A DNA stretch of 64,000 bases from Mobula hypostoma (Eukaryota), in NCBI RefSeq assembly GCF_963921235.1, contig NC_086100.1, positions 201,130,001 to 201,194,000 of the forward strand. Reading direction: 5' to 3'. Position numbers and translations under genes: made by a program. The notes under the pieces were generated by a model. It saw nothing but the letters and a program-made list of their open reading frames with translations. It ran no database searches and was not told the origin of the DNA. Shown one piece after another: positions 37,172 through 50,545 of the stretch. Each line of letters starts with the position of its first letter. Within the stretch, counting starts at the first letter, position 1.

Positions 37172-39714
37172 ATAGTGTCCTTCCATTCAAAAATTGCTTC
37201 TTATTTGGAATATATCTGTCTGGCACTTCTCTCATTTTTCACAGAAACTCCAGCCATTGCTGCGCTGCTGTCCTTCCTGCTAGTGTCCCCTTCCAGTCAG
37301 CCTTGGCCAGTTCCCCTCTCATGCTATTGCAATTTCCTCTGAAATACCGACACGTTGGAATTTAGTTTCTCCTCAAATTTCCTTAACCTTAAGCTCCCTT
37401 ATCACCTCCGGATCATTGCACAACACCCAATCCAGCACAGCCGATCCCTTAGTGGGCTGAACAAAAAGCTGTTCTAAAAAGCCAGCCCTTTGACTTTCCA
37501 CAAATTCTCTCTCCTGAGGTCCAGTACTGGCCTGGTTTTCCCAATCCACTTTCACATTAAAATCCCCAAGGATTATCATGACATTGCCCTTTTGACATGC
37601 CTTTTCAATCTCCTGCTGTAATTAGTAATCGACATCCCATCTGCTGTTTGGAGGTCTGTAGACAACTGCCATTAGGGTCCTTTTACCCTTGCCATTTCTT
37701 ACCTCCAACCATAGAGACTCTACACCTTCCGAACCTATGTCATCCCTTTCTAATGATTTAATATTATTTGCTCATACACAGGGCCACACCACCCCCTCTG
37801 CCTACTAACCTATCTTTCCGATACACCGTATATCCTCGGACATTCAGCTCCCAATGGCAGCCATCCTTCAGCCAAGTTTCAGAGATGGCCGCAACATCGT
37901 ATTTGCCAATCTATAGCTGAATTTCAAGATCGTCCATTTTATTTCTTATGCTGCGTGCATTCAAATACAACACTTTCAGTCCAGTATTTGTTGTTTTCTG
38001 TTTTAACTGCACCACATCTCTATTGCCCTGTAACTCATCCCACTGGCTGTGATTTATCCTCATCTCCTGCCTGACCTTTCTATCATCTCTGTTGCACGCT
38101 GTCTTTGATTCATTTCTGTTTTCCCCTTCCTCAACCCTATCACTCCGCTTCCCATCCCCTGCCAAATTAGTTTATAGCCTCCCCAACAGCTCTATTAAAC
38201 CTGCCCACTAGGATATTGGACCCCTTTGGGTTCAGGTGTAACCTGTCCTTTTGGTACAGGTCGTACCTCCCTCAGCAGATGCCCCAATGATCCAGGAACC
38301 CGAAGCCCTGCCCCCTACTCCAGTCTCTCAGCCACACATTAATATGCCTGATCGTGTTATTCTTGTGCTCATTCACATGTGGCACAGGCAGCAATCCTGA
38401 GATTACTACCCTGGAGGTCCTGCTTTTCAGCTTCCTACCCAACTCCCTGAATTCCCTCTTCAGGACCTCCTCCCTTTTTCTACCTATGTCATTGGTACCA
38501 ACGTATACCAAGACTTCTGGCTGTTCACTGTCTCTCTTCAGAATACTTTGCACCTGATCCAAGACATCCCGTACCCTGGCACCTGGGAGGCAACACACCA
38601 TACAAGTATCTCTATCAGGCTGACAGAACCTCCTGTCTGTTCCCCTCACTATGGAATCCCCTATGACTACCACATCCCTCATCTTCTTCTCTCACTTCTG
38701 CACCATGGAACCAGGCTCAGTGCCAGAGACCCAATCACCGTAGTCATCCTCTTTCAAGTCATCCCCCTCAACAGCATCCAAAATGAGATCTCTATTATCT
38801 GAGCTCTTCCCATCCCTTCCCTGACAGTCATGCACTTGTCTAACTCCTGCAGCCTCGGGGTGACTAACTCCCTGTAGCTCCTATCTATCTCCTGCTCACT
38901 TTCCGTAATAAGCTGTAGGTCATCAAGCCACAGCTCCAGATCTCTAACACGGTCTCTCAGGAGCTGCATCTCAGCGCACCTGGTGCAGCTGTGGCCTCAC
39001 ATCTGATACCCAGAGCAAAGTACTAACAGACATGTTCTCTATTCCTCAAAAAAAATGCAAGGAAAAAAAAAAAAATGAAGTCCAGCTACCCACCTACCTC
39101 TCCGAAGCCCGAATGAGCCGAAACCCTACCACTCCACCTCAGGCCACTCTGTCGATGACCGTTCCGCTAGGCAGTGTCTCCCTTTAAAACCTCAACCTTC
39201 CCTGCTCTCCAACTCAGGATCGGTGTTCTGGTATTGGCTGCAACATTACTTCCCGACTCTTTAACTCAATGCCTCAACTAATTAGGACAGGCAGACTATA
39301 TTCCTTTGTAACCACCCTATTAACCTGTAATTAACCATCCTATTAACCCTATTAACCTGTGTAGCCACTTTCAGGCAGCTTTTAACTTGGACTCCAAGGT
39401 CGCTCTGTCATCAACACTTAACAGTGTACTGTCTCTTTACATTTGATCTCGCGAACAGCAACACTTCTCATTTGGATGTTTCTGCCATATCTGCATTCAC
39501 ATCTGCCAGTTCTCCACCCATATCTGAAACTAAACTATATCCCACTGTATTCTTTACCAGTCTTCCACATTATCCGCAATACCACCAATCTTCATATCAC
39601 CTGCAAATGTGCTAACTCACCCATCTACATCCTTACCCACATCATTTACTGTGCCTATATATGCAGCCAACACCATGCTTCACAGTAGGGGTGGGGCCTC
39701 TTTGATGATAAGGC

Positions 39715-42700
39715 CATAAGACAGGAGTAGTATTCAGCCATTTGGCCTATCGAGTCCAATCATGGCTGATCCTTTTTTCCCCTTCCTCAGCCTCAGTCTC
39801 CAGCCTTCTCCTAGTACTTTGAAGCCATGTCCAATCAAGAACCTATCAATCTCTGATTAAATATAGCCAATGACCTGGCCTCCACAACTGCCTGTGGCAA
39901 CAAATTCCACAAGTTCACCACCTTCAGGCTAAAGAAATTTCTCCACATCTCTGTTTTAAATGGAAGCCCCTCTACCCTGAGGCTGTACCCTCTTGTCCTA
40001 GACTCCCCCACCATGGGAAACATCCTTTCCACATCTACTCTGCCTTGGCCTTCCAACACTCAAAAGGTTTCAATGAGATCCCCCTTTATCCTTCTAAATT
40101 CCTGCAAGTACAGACCCAGAGCTATCAAACTTTCCTCACATGATAACCCTTTCATTCCCGGAATCACTCTTGTGAACCTCCTTTGGACCCTCTCCAATGC
40201 CAGCACATCTTTTCTAAGATGAGGAGCCCAAAATGGTTCACAATACTCAAAGTGAGGGCTCACCAGTGCCTTATAAAGCCTCAGCATCACATCCTTGCTC
40301 TTGTATTCTAGACCTCTTGAAATGAATGCTAACATTGCCCTTGCCTTCCTCACCACCAACTCAACCTGCAGGTTAACCTTTAGGATCTTCCCAAGTCCCA
40401 AGTCTCTTTGCATCTCAGACTTTTGGATTTTCTCTCCTTTTAGAAAATAGTCTGCACATTTATTTCTTGTACCAAAGGGCAAGACCATGCATTTTCCAAT
40501 ACTGTATTTCATTTGCCACTTTCTTGCCTATTCTCCTAATCTGTCTAAGTCCTTCTGCATCCTATCTGTTTCCTCAACACTATCTGCCCATCCACCAATA
40601 CTGGTATCATCTACAAACCTGGCAACAAAGTCATCCATTCATTCATCTAAATCATTTATATACAGCACAAGAAAAGGTGGACCCAACACCGACCTCTATT
40701 GAATACAACTAGTCACTGGCAGCCAACATTTTATTCCCACTCGTTGCCTCCTACCGATCAGCCAATGCTCTAACCATCCCGGTAACTTTCCTGCAATATC
40801 ATGACCTCTTAACTTGGTAAGCAGCCTCATGTGGGGCACCTTGTTAAAGGCCTTCTGAAAGTCCAAATGAACAACATCCACTGCGCCCCTTTTATCTATC
40901 CTACTTGTAGTCTCCTCAAGGAATTCTAACAGGTTCGCAGGCAAGATTTTCCCTTAAGGAAACCATGCTGCCTTTGTACTATCTTGTTCTATGTCAACAA
41001 ATACTTCATAACCTCATCTTAAAAATTGACTCCAACATCTTCCCAACCACTGAGGTCAGCTAACTGGTCTGTAATTTTCTTTCTGCTGCCTTCCCCTTTA
41101 AAGAATGCAGTGACGTTTGCAATTTTTCATTTCTCTGGCACTATGCCAGAGTCCAATGATTTTTGAAAGATCATTATCAATGGCTCCATAATCTCTAATG
41201 TTACCTCTTTCAGAACGCTTGAGTGCAGTTCATCTGGTGTAGGTGACTTCTGTCCCTTTAGGTCTTTCAGCTTTGTGAGTACCTGCTCCCTTGTATTAGT
41301 AACTGCACCCACTTCTCTTCCCTCTCACCCTTCAACATCTGGCACACAGCTCGTGTCTTCCACAGTGAAGATGATGCAAAATACTCATTTAGTTCATCTG
41401 CCATCTCCTTGTCTCCCATTTAGTAATTATCCTGCCTCATTTTCTAGTGGTCCTATATCCACTCTCATCTCTTTCATTTTTTAAATACTTGAGAAACTTT
41501 CACTATCCACACTGATATTGTTTGCTAGCCTGCTTTCATATTTCATCTTTTCCCTTCTAATGATTCTTTTAGTTGTTCTCTGTAGACTTTTTAAAAATTC
41601 TTCCCAATCCTCTATCTTCTCACTAATTTTTGCTTTGTTGTATGCCCTCTCTTTTGCCTTTACAATAGCTTTGACTTCCCTTGTCAGCCAGGGTTGTATT
41701 TTGCTATTTGAGTATTTCTGTATTTTTGGAATATATCTATCCTGCACCTTCCTCATTTTTCTCACAAACACATGCCATTGCTGCTCTGCTGTCACCCCTG
41801 CCAGCATCTCCTTCCAATTTACTTTGGCCAACTCCTCTCTCATACCACTGTAATTTTCTTTACTACAAACGTGTACATTGAAATACTGCTACGTCAGACT
41901 TTACTTTCTCCCTATCAAATTTCAAGTTGAACGCATTCACATAATGATCACTGTCTCCTTGGGATTCCTTTACCTTCAGCTCCCTAATCACCTCTGGTTC
42001 ATTACATAACACCCAATCCAGTATAGCTGATCCCCTGGTCGGCTCAATGACAAACTGCTCTAAAAAGCCATCTCATAGGCATTCAACAAACTCTCTCTCT
42101 TGAGATCCATTACCAACCTGATCTTCCCCAATCTGCCTGCGTTGAAATCTCCCATGACTATCATAACATTGCCCTTTTGACACGCCTTTTCTATTTCCTG
42201 TTGTAATCTGTGGTCCACATTCCAGCTACTGTTGGGAGGCCTGTATATAACTGCCATCAGGGTCCTTCTACCCTTGCAGTTTCTTAACTCAACTCACAAG
42301 GATTCAACATCTTCCAATCCTCTGTCACATCTTTCCACTGATTTGATGCCATTCTTTACCAGTAGAGCCACACCACCCCCTCTGCCTACCTTCTTATCCC
42401 TCCGATATAATGTGTAACCTTGAACATTCAGCTCCCAACTACAAGCATCCTTCAGCCACGATTCAGTGATGGCCACAACATCATACCCGACAATCTCTAA
42501 AAGTGCAACAAGATCATCCACTTTGTACTCCATGCATTGAGATATAACACTGAGTGCTGTATTTGCTGCCCTTGTTGATTCTGAATTCCTAATGCACGGA
42601 TACTCACCCTGCTGGCTGCAATTATGTCCTATCATCTGCCTACCCTTCCTGACAGTCTGACTGTGCGCTATCTTTACTTTTTTACCATCTGTTCTTTCCT

Positions 42701-42985
42701 GAATCCCTTCACTCCGGTTCCCACCCCCTGCCAAGTTAGTTTAAACCCTCCCCAACAGCCCTAACAAACCTGCCCATGAGAATATTGGTCCCCCTTGGGT
42801 TCAGGTGCAACCCATCACTCTTGTACAGATCATACCTCCCCCAGAAGAGATCCCAATGATCCAAGAACCTGAAGCCCTGCCTACTGCACCAGCTTCTCAG
42901 CCACGCATTTATCTGCCAGACCATCCTGTTTCTACCCTCACTGGCGCATGGCACAGGCAGCAATCCAGAAATTTCTACCCTGGAG
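39715..42985 (-). mobile_element. CR1 LINE (end of ORF1 and ORF2), decayed
   Basis: [50 protein letters not shown]. Confidence 0.92.
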
Positions 42986-44095
42986 GTGACTAAACACATT
43001 GATGAAGGAAGAGCAGCAGATGTAGTGTATATGGATTTCAGCAAGGCATTTGATAAGGTACCCCATGCAAGGCTTATTGAGAAAAGTAAGGAGGCATGGG
43101 ATCTGAGGGGATCTTCCTTTGTGGATCCAGAATTGCCTTACCCACAGAAGGCAAAGAGTGGTTGTAGATGGGTCATATTCTACATGGAGGTCAGTGACCA
43201 GTGGTGTGCCTCAGGGATCTGTTCTTGGACCCTTTCTCTTCATGATTTTTATAACTGACCTGGATGACCGGCTGGTGGTGTAGTGACGTCAGTTCCGGAC
43301 CTCGGAGTGAAGGCTCCCGAGTTCGAATTCAGCCGGCTCCCCAGGCACACTTTCCATCCGTGCTGGGTTGAGCGTCAAGCTAGCAACTCGGACCCATGAA
43401 AACAAGAAAGCCTGCTAAAAAAAACGCCGTCATGATGGCTCCACTGGAAGTTAAGGGCTTTCTTTTTCTTCTTCTTCTTCTGGATGAAGAAGTAGAGGGA
43501 TGGGTTAGTAAATTCTCTGATGACACAAAGGTTGTGGATAGTGTGGAGGGCTGTCAGAAGTTACAGTCGGACATCGATAGGATGCAAAACTGGTCTGAGA
43601 AGTGGTAGATGGAGTTCGACTGAGATAAGTGTGATGTGGTTCATTCTGGTAGGTCAACTATGATGGCAGAATATTGTATTATTGGTAAGATCAGAGGGAA
43701 CTTGGGGTCCGAGTCCATAGGACACTCAGAGCTGCTGTGCAGGTTGACTCTGTGGTTAAGAAGGCATACAGTGTATTGGCCTTCGTCAGTCATGGGATTG
43801 AGCTTAAGAGCTGAGAGGTACTGTTGCAGCTATATAGGACCCTGGTCAAACCCCACTTGGAGTACTGTGCTCAGTTCTGGTCACCTCACTGCAGGAAGGA
43901 TGTGGAAACTATAGAAAAGGTGCAGAGGAGATTTCCAAGAATGTTGCCTGGATTGGGGAGCATGCCTTACAAGAATAGATTGAGTGAACTTGGCCTTTTC
44001 TCCTTGGAGGGACAGAGGATGAGAGGTGACCTGATGGAGGTGTATTAAGATGATGAGAGGCATTGATCCTGTGGATAGTCAGAGGCCTTTTCCCA
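42986..44095 (+). mobile_element. CR1 RT fragment interrupted by a SINE
   Basis: [34 protein letters not shown]. Confidence 0.9.
43268..43479 (+). mobile_element. tRNA-derived SINE with (TTC)n tail
   Basis: A box tggtgtagtga, B box gttcgaatt; TSD ctggatga at 43260-43267 and 43480-43487. Confidence 0.85.
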
Positions 44096-44504
44096 GAACA
44101 TCCTTGTCCTCGGTGTTGTTGGGACCCTGAGTGGGTGCTGGAGATAGGGCTGAAGACATTGCAACATGGTCAGTCAGGAGTGCCTGGGAATTATTTATAT
44201 CAGTTTCTGCTGAGAGACCCACATTACAAAAAACCCGGCTCCTGTCAAATCGACTCACTCCGCCAGACATCAAGAACTGATTGAGAGGGGTGGACACAAT
44301 AAAGACAATGGGATTAGACAGACATGCCAGTTCTAATGCTGAGGACCTGCACTTCAGGGCAATCACATAAACATCGGCATACAAGGAGGGTTGGAACTGG
44401 ACTGAGTAACTGGACAACCCAGGGTCTTTCAAACACCTGCACGCCAGGAGAGCGATGCAGCAGCTGCCTGGACAAAGGCAACTCCGATAACTCTCAGTGA
44501 GAGA

Positions 44505-44725
44505 GGCACCGTGGTATTGTGGTTAGTGCAGGACTGTAACAGCAACCCCAGTTCAATCCCTGCCGCTGTTTTTAAGGGGCTTGTACATTCTCCGCGTGAC
44601 CTCTTGGGTTCCTCCCACAGTCCAAAGACATGTGGGTTAGTGAGTTAATTGGTCACATTCAGTCGGTGTAACTGGGTGCAATAGGCTGATTGGGCCTGTT
44701 GCCATGTTGTATCTCTAAATAAAAA
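44505..44725 (+). mobile_element. V-SINE (HE1-like) tRNA-derived SINE
   Basis: tRNA-like head (gtggttag...agttcaatcc); V-domain-like ggttcctcccacagtccaaagacatg; A-rich end. Confidence 0.75.
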
Positions 44726-45892
44726 TCAATTAACTTCAGCCTCATCGAGGGTAAGCAGCACTCCATTTACCAACCTAAACCTCCCCCCAGCATCTTCCCC
44801 AGGGGGGAAGAAACAGTAGATGTTTTGGGCTGAGACCAGTATATCTGCCCTCTCGCAGTGCTGGAGCTCCCTCCCAAGCAGAGGGCTACTTTCACCACAT
44901 TCTGCCTTCTGACCTCTTCCTTTCCGGTCCTGACAAAGGGCCTCAGCTCGGAACGTTGACCGTATCCTCACCTTTGTCGAGCTGTTGGGTTAAGGACGGA
45001 CTGTAAGTGCTGCCTGCTGATACTTCACCAGAGGCGCGGCAGTTGTTCCAGAAGGAGTCTGCTTGTCAGCCCACTGAGATGAAAACAAACCAACAATTCC
45101 ATTTGCCGCACTGAGTTTCCAGCAATTTCTGTCTTGCTTCCATGCCCAGTCCCTGATTCAGTTTCAGATTTATTTTCACACGCACATCGAAACGCGCCAT
45201 TTGCGTTAGCAACCAACAAAGCTGAGGGGCGCGTTGGGGCAGTCCGTAACTGTCACCATCACCCCAGCACCATCACATTGTGTCATTGTGATTAGGTCAG
45301 GGTTAGATTGGGGATCTTCTGGGCAGCATGGCTCAATCGAACGATAAATAGTGGAGCACCAGATCACACTCTGTCTGAACTACAACCACAGGGCACCCGG
45401 GAAGGTCGGAATGTACAGCCAGTTATTTGTCTGTCTGGTAGCAGTGCACCAAGAGTTAATGCTAAGACATTAAGACATAGGAACAGAATTAGGCCATTCA
45501 GCCCATCAAGTCTGCTCCAGCCATTCCATCATGGCTGATTTATATCCCTCTCAACCCCATTCTCCTGCCTTCTCTCTGTAACCTCCTGATGGGTATTCAC
45601 TTTTGGGGTGTATGGTGTGCTGTATTTACAGAAACACAGTCTGCAACAAGATGATGCTGTGGAAAGATACCTATATTTTATGGGATGTCGGTGAGCTATT
45701 ATGCTCCTGTACATGTGGATATTTTAAAGTACATTGGTATATGTTTTGATTTACATATTTAAAATCTTCTTCACAACTTACTCTCGATGTACTAGCTGTT
45801 CATTACTTGAGGTAATAAAAGTGATTGACTGGAATCTGTGCGTTCAGTTTATACTCTACCCAGGAAAGGACGTGGAATACTGAGCAGAGCTG

Positions 45893-46120
45893 CGGGCGAG
45901 GAGGGGGTGTGGGGGGGAACAGGCGAGGAGGGGGTGCGTGAGGAGGAACAGGCGAGGAGGGGGTGCAGGGGGGGAACAGGTGAGGAAGGGGTGTGGGGGG
46001 GAACAGACGAAGAGGGGGTGCGGGAGGGGAAACAGGTGAGGAGGGGGTGCGTGGGGAGGAACAGGCGAGGAGGGGGTGCGGGGGGGGAACAGGCAAGGAG
46101 GGGGTGTGGGGGGACAGGAG
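45893..46120. repeat. G-rich minisatellite, ~28-29 bp unit, about 8 copies
   Basis: ggcgaggagggggtgyg(g)nggaaca repeated. Confidence 0.93.
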
Positions 46121-46544
46121 AAAGAGTGAAGCAGAGGTGATGCACTTTCGGGGCTGTAACAGTTAGTGATAAACCTGTAAAAATTTCACTGCAGATTTTG
46201 CAACAAGTGCAGATTTGAAGAGATTGGTCCGAGTGGGATGGAAGGTGCAACTCTCTGACGAGAAGTTAGAGGAACAGGAATGGGTGCTCCTGTGTCAGAG
46301 TTTCGATGTTTTAGTAAAGACAGAGAGGGAGGTAAAAGAGGAGGGTGAGTTCCACTACTAATCAAGGACAATATCACCGCTGAATTCAGAGGGGACAAAA
46401 TGGAGGGTTCATTCACTGTCTGTATGGGTAGAACTCAGGAATAGGAGGGTGCAATCCTCTGATGGGATTGTACTACAGACACCAACCCAGTAACGACTGG
46501 GACATTGAAGAACAGATATGCAAACAGATTAATTATGCAGACGG

Positions 46545-47435
46545 TGGGAAGATGCCCCTACAATTCACCTACCAACACGACTGATCAGCAGATGATGCAA
46601 TATTCACAGTTCTTCATACTGTCCCTACACACCTGGAGAAGGATGCTTGTGTGAGAATGCTGTTCTTGGACTACAGTTCAGCATTCAACACTATAATTCC
46701 ATCCAGGTTCGACAAGAAGCTCAGAGACCTCGGCGTTGACCCTGCCTTGTGCAGCTGGATCCTGGACTTCCTGTCAGATCGCCGGCAGGTAGTAAAAATG
46801 GGCTCCCTCACCTCCACCCCTCTGACTCTCAACACAAGAGCCCCTCAGGTTTGTGTACTAAGCCCCCTCCTTCACTCTCTGTATACTCATGACCGTGTTG
46901 CCACCCACAGCTCCAATCTGCTAATTAAATTTGCTGACAACACTACACTGATTGGTCTAATCTCAAATAATAATGAGGTGGCCGACAGAGAAGAAGTCAT
47001 CACCCTGACACAGTGGTGTCAAGAAAACAACCTCTCCCTCAATGTCACAAAAACAAAGGAGCTGGTTCTGGATTACAGGAGGAGTGGAGACAGGCTAACC
47101 CCTATTGACATCAATGGTTCTGGGGTTGAGAGGGTAAAGAGCTTTAAGTTCCTCAGCATTAACATCACTGAGGACCTCACGTGGTCTGTACACACCAGCT
47201 GTGTGGTGAAAAAGGCACAACAGCACCTCTTTCACTTCAGACGGTTGAAGGAGTTTGATATGGGCCCCCAAATCCAAAGGGCTTTCTAAAGGGGCACAAT
47301 TGAGAGCATCCTGACTGGCTGCATCACTGCCTGATATGGGAACTGTACCTCCCTCAATCACAGGACTCTGCATAGAGTGGTGCGGACAGCCCAGCATATC
47401 TGTAGATGTGAACTCCCCACTATTCAGGATATTTT
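46545..47435 (+). mobile_element. Rex1/Babar-clade LINE RT fragment
   Basis: [15 protein letters not shown]...KFADNTTLIG...[16 protein letters not shown]; same family as 27965-30300. Confidence 0.92.
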
Positions 47436-47436
47436 T

Positions 47437-48040
47437 AAGTGTAAGTTGGTTTATTTTGGTAGGTCAAATATGATGGCAGAATATAGCATTAATGGTAAGA
47501 CTCTTGGCAGTGTGGAGGATCAGAGGGATCCTGGGGTCCGAGTCCATAGGACACTCAAAGCTGCTACGCAGGTTGACTCTGTGGTTAAGAAAGCATACGG
47601 TGTATTGGCCTTCATCAATCGAGGGATTGAGTTCAAGAGCTGAGAGGTAACATTACAGCTATATAGGACCCTGGTCAGACCACTTGGAGTACTGTGCTCA
47701 GTTCTGGTTGCCTCATTACAGGAAGTATGTGGAAACTATAGAAAGAGTGCAGAGGAGATTTACAAGGATGTTGCCTGGATTGGAGAGCATGCCTTATGAA
47801 AACAGGTTGAGTGAGGCAAACATGAGGAAGTCCGCAGATGCTGGAGATTCAAGCAACACACATCAAAGTTGCTGGTGAACGCAGCAGGCCAGGCAGTATC
47901 TCTAGGAAGAGGTACAGTCGACGTTTAGGGCTGAGACCCTTCCTCAGGTCTAACAGCCTTTTCTCCTTGGAGCGACAGAGGATGAGAGATGACCTGATAG
48001 AGGTGTATAAGATGATGAGAGGCATTGATCGTGTGGATAG
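47437..48040 (+). mobile_element. CR1 fragment containing a reverse Penelope end (about 47816-47955)
   Basis: [21 protein letters not shown]; insert gcagatgctggagattcaagcaacacacatc...gagacccttcctcagg. Confidence 0.85.
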
Positions 48041-50545
48041 ACCATAGGTGCAGGAGTAGGCCATTCGGCCCTTCGAGCCAGCACCGCCATTCACTGTGAT
48101 CATGGCTGATCATCCACAATCAGTATCCAGTTCCTGCCTTATCCCCTTAACCTTTGATTCCGCTATCTTTAAGAGCTCTATCCATCTCTTTCTTGAAAAC
48201 ATCCAGAGACTTGGCCTCCACTGCCTTTTGGGGCAGAGCATTCCACATTTCCACCACACTCTGGGTGAAAAAGTTTTTCCCCAACTCCGTTCTAAATGGC
48301 CTACCCCTTATTCTTAAACTGTGGCCTCTGGTTCTGCACTCACCCATCAGCGGGACCATGCTTCCTGCCTCCAGCACGTCCAGTCCCTTAATAATCTTAT
48401 ATGTTTCAATACGATCCCCTCTTAGCCTTCCAAATTCCGGAGTATACAAGCCCACTCACTCCAATCTTTCGATATATGGCAGTCCCGCCATCCCGGGAAT
48501 TAACCTTGTGAACCTACGCTGCACTCCCTCTATAGCAAGAATGTCCTTCCTCAAATTTGGAGACCAAAACTGCGCACAATACTCCAGGTGTGGTCTCACC
48601 AGGGCCCTGTACAGCTGCAGAAGGACCTCTTTGCTCCTATACTCAATTCCCCTTGTTATGAAGGCCAGCATGCCATTAGCTTTCTTCACTGCCTGCTGTA
48701 CCTGCATGCTTGCTTTCAAGAACACCTAGATCTCGTTGTACTTCCCCTTTTCCTAACTTGACTCCATTTAGATAATAATCTGCCTTCCTGTTCTTACCAC
48801 CGAAGTGGATAACCTCACATTTATCCACATTAAACTGCATCTGCCATGCATCTGCCCACTCACCCAGCCTGTCCAAGTCACCCTGCATTCTCATAACGTC
48901 CTCCTCACATTTCACACTGCCACACAGCTTTGTGTCATCTGCAAATTTGCTAATGTTACTTTTAATTCCCTCATCTAAATCATTAATATATATTGTAAAC
49001 AGCTGCGATCCCAGCACTGAACCCTGCGGTACCCCACTGGTCACCGCCTGCCATTCCGAAAGGGACCCGTTAATCACTACTCTTTGTTTTCTGTCAGCCA
49101 GCCAATTTTCAATCCATGTCAGTACTCTGCCCCCAATACCATGTGCCCTAATTTTGCCCACTAACCTCTTATGTGGGACTTAATCAAAGGCTTTCTGAAA
49201 GTCCAGGTACACTACATCCACTGGCTCTCCCTTGTCCATTTTCATAGTTACATCCTCAAAAAATTCCAGAAGATTAGTCAAGCACAATCTCCCCTTCGTA
49301 AATTCATGCTGACTCGGACCTATCCTGTTACTGCCATCCAAATGTGTTATAATTACACCTTTTAAATTGACTCCAGCATCTTTCCCACCACTGATGTCAG
49401 GCTAACCAGTCTATAATTCTCTGTTTTCTCTCTCCCTCCTTTCTTGAAAAGTTGAACAACATTAACCAACCTTCAATCCACAGGAACTGATCCTGAATCT
49501 ATAGAACATTGGAAAATGATTACCAATGCGTCCATGATTTCTAAAGCCACCTCCTTAAGTACCCTGGGATGCAGACCATCAGGTCCCGGGGACTTATCAG
49601 CCTTCAGACCCAACAGTCTATCCAACACCATTTCCTGCCTAATATAAATTTCCTTCAGTTAATCCATTACCCTAGGTCCTTTGGCCACTATTATATCTGG
49701 GAGATTGTTTGTGTCTTCCCTAGTGAAGACAGGTCCAAAGTACCTGTTCAACTCGTCTGCCATTTCCTTGTTCCTCATAATAAATTCACCCTTTTTTGTA
49801 TTCAAGGGCCCAATTTTGGTCTTAACTATTTTTTTCCTTTTCACATACCTAAAGAAGCTTATACTATCCTCCTTTATATTCTTGGCTAGTTTACTTTCAT
49901 AACTCATTTTTTCTCCGTGTATTACCTTTTTAGTTACCTTCTGTTGCTCTTTAAAAGTTTTCCAATCCTCCAGCTTCCCGCTCATCTTTGCTACGTTAAA
50001 CTTCTTCTCTTTTATTTTTATACTGTCCTTGACTTCCCTTGTCAGCCACGGCCTCCCCTTACTCCCCTTCGGATCTTTCTTCCTCTTTGGAATGAACTGA
50101 TCCTGCGCCTTCCGCATTATTCCCAGAAGTACCTGCCATTGTTGTTCCACTGTCATCCCTGCTAGGGTATTGTTCCATTGAACTTTGGCCAGCTCCTCCC
50201 TCATAGCACCATAGTTCCCTTTGTTCAACTGTAATACTGACACTTCCGAGTTTCCCTTCTCCCTCTCAAATTGTAGATTAAATCTCATCATATTATGGTC
50301 ACTACCTCCTAATGGCTCCTTTACCTCGAGGTCCCTGATCAAATTTGGTTCATTGCACAACACTAAATCGAGAATTGCATTCTCTCTGGTAGGCTCCAGT
50401 ACAAGCTGTTCTAAGAATCCATCTCGGAGGGACTCCACAAACTCCCTTTCTTGGGGTCCAGTACCAACCTGATTCCTCCAGTCTACGTGCGTGTTGAAGT
50501 CCCCCATAACACCTGTAGCATTACCTTTGTGACATGCCAATTTTA
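48041..50545 (-). mobile_element. CR1 LINE ORF2, relatively young
   Basis: Long open frames (49659-50582, 48676-49161) with [26 protein letters not shown]. Confidence 0.94.

Larger units (their letters stand above)
34630..39190 (-). mobile_element. Near full-length CR1 LINE (ORF1 esterase and ORF2), decayed, with Penelope insertion
   Basis: [60 protein letters not shown]. Confidence 0.93.

Noticed and set aside
42960..43010. Twin-priming inversion of one CR1
   Set aside because: The two sides appear to be different CR1 subfamilies with overlapping RT content; independent insertions are simpler
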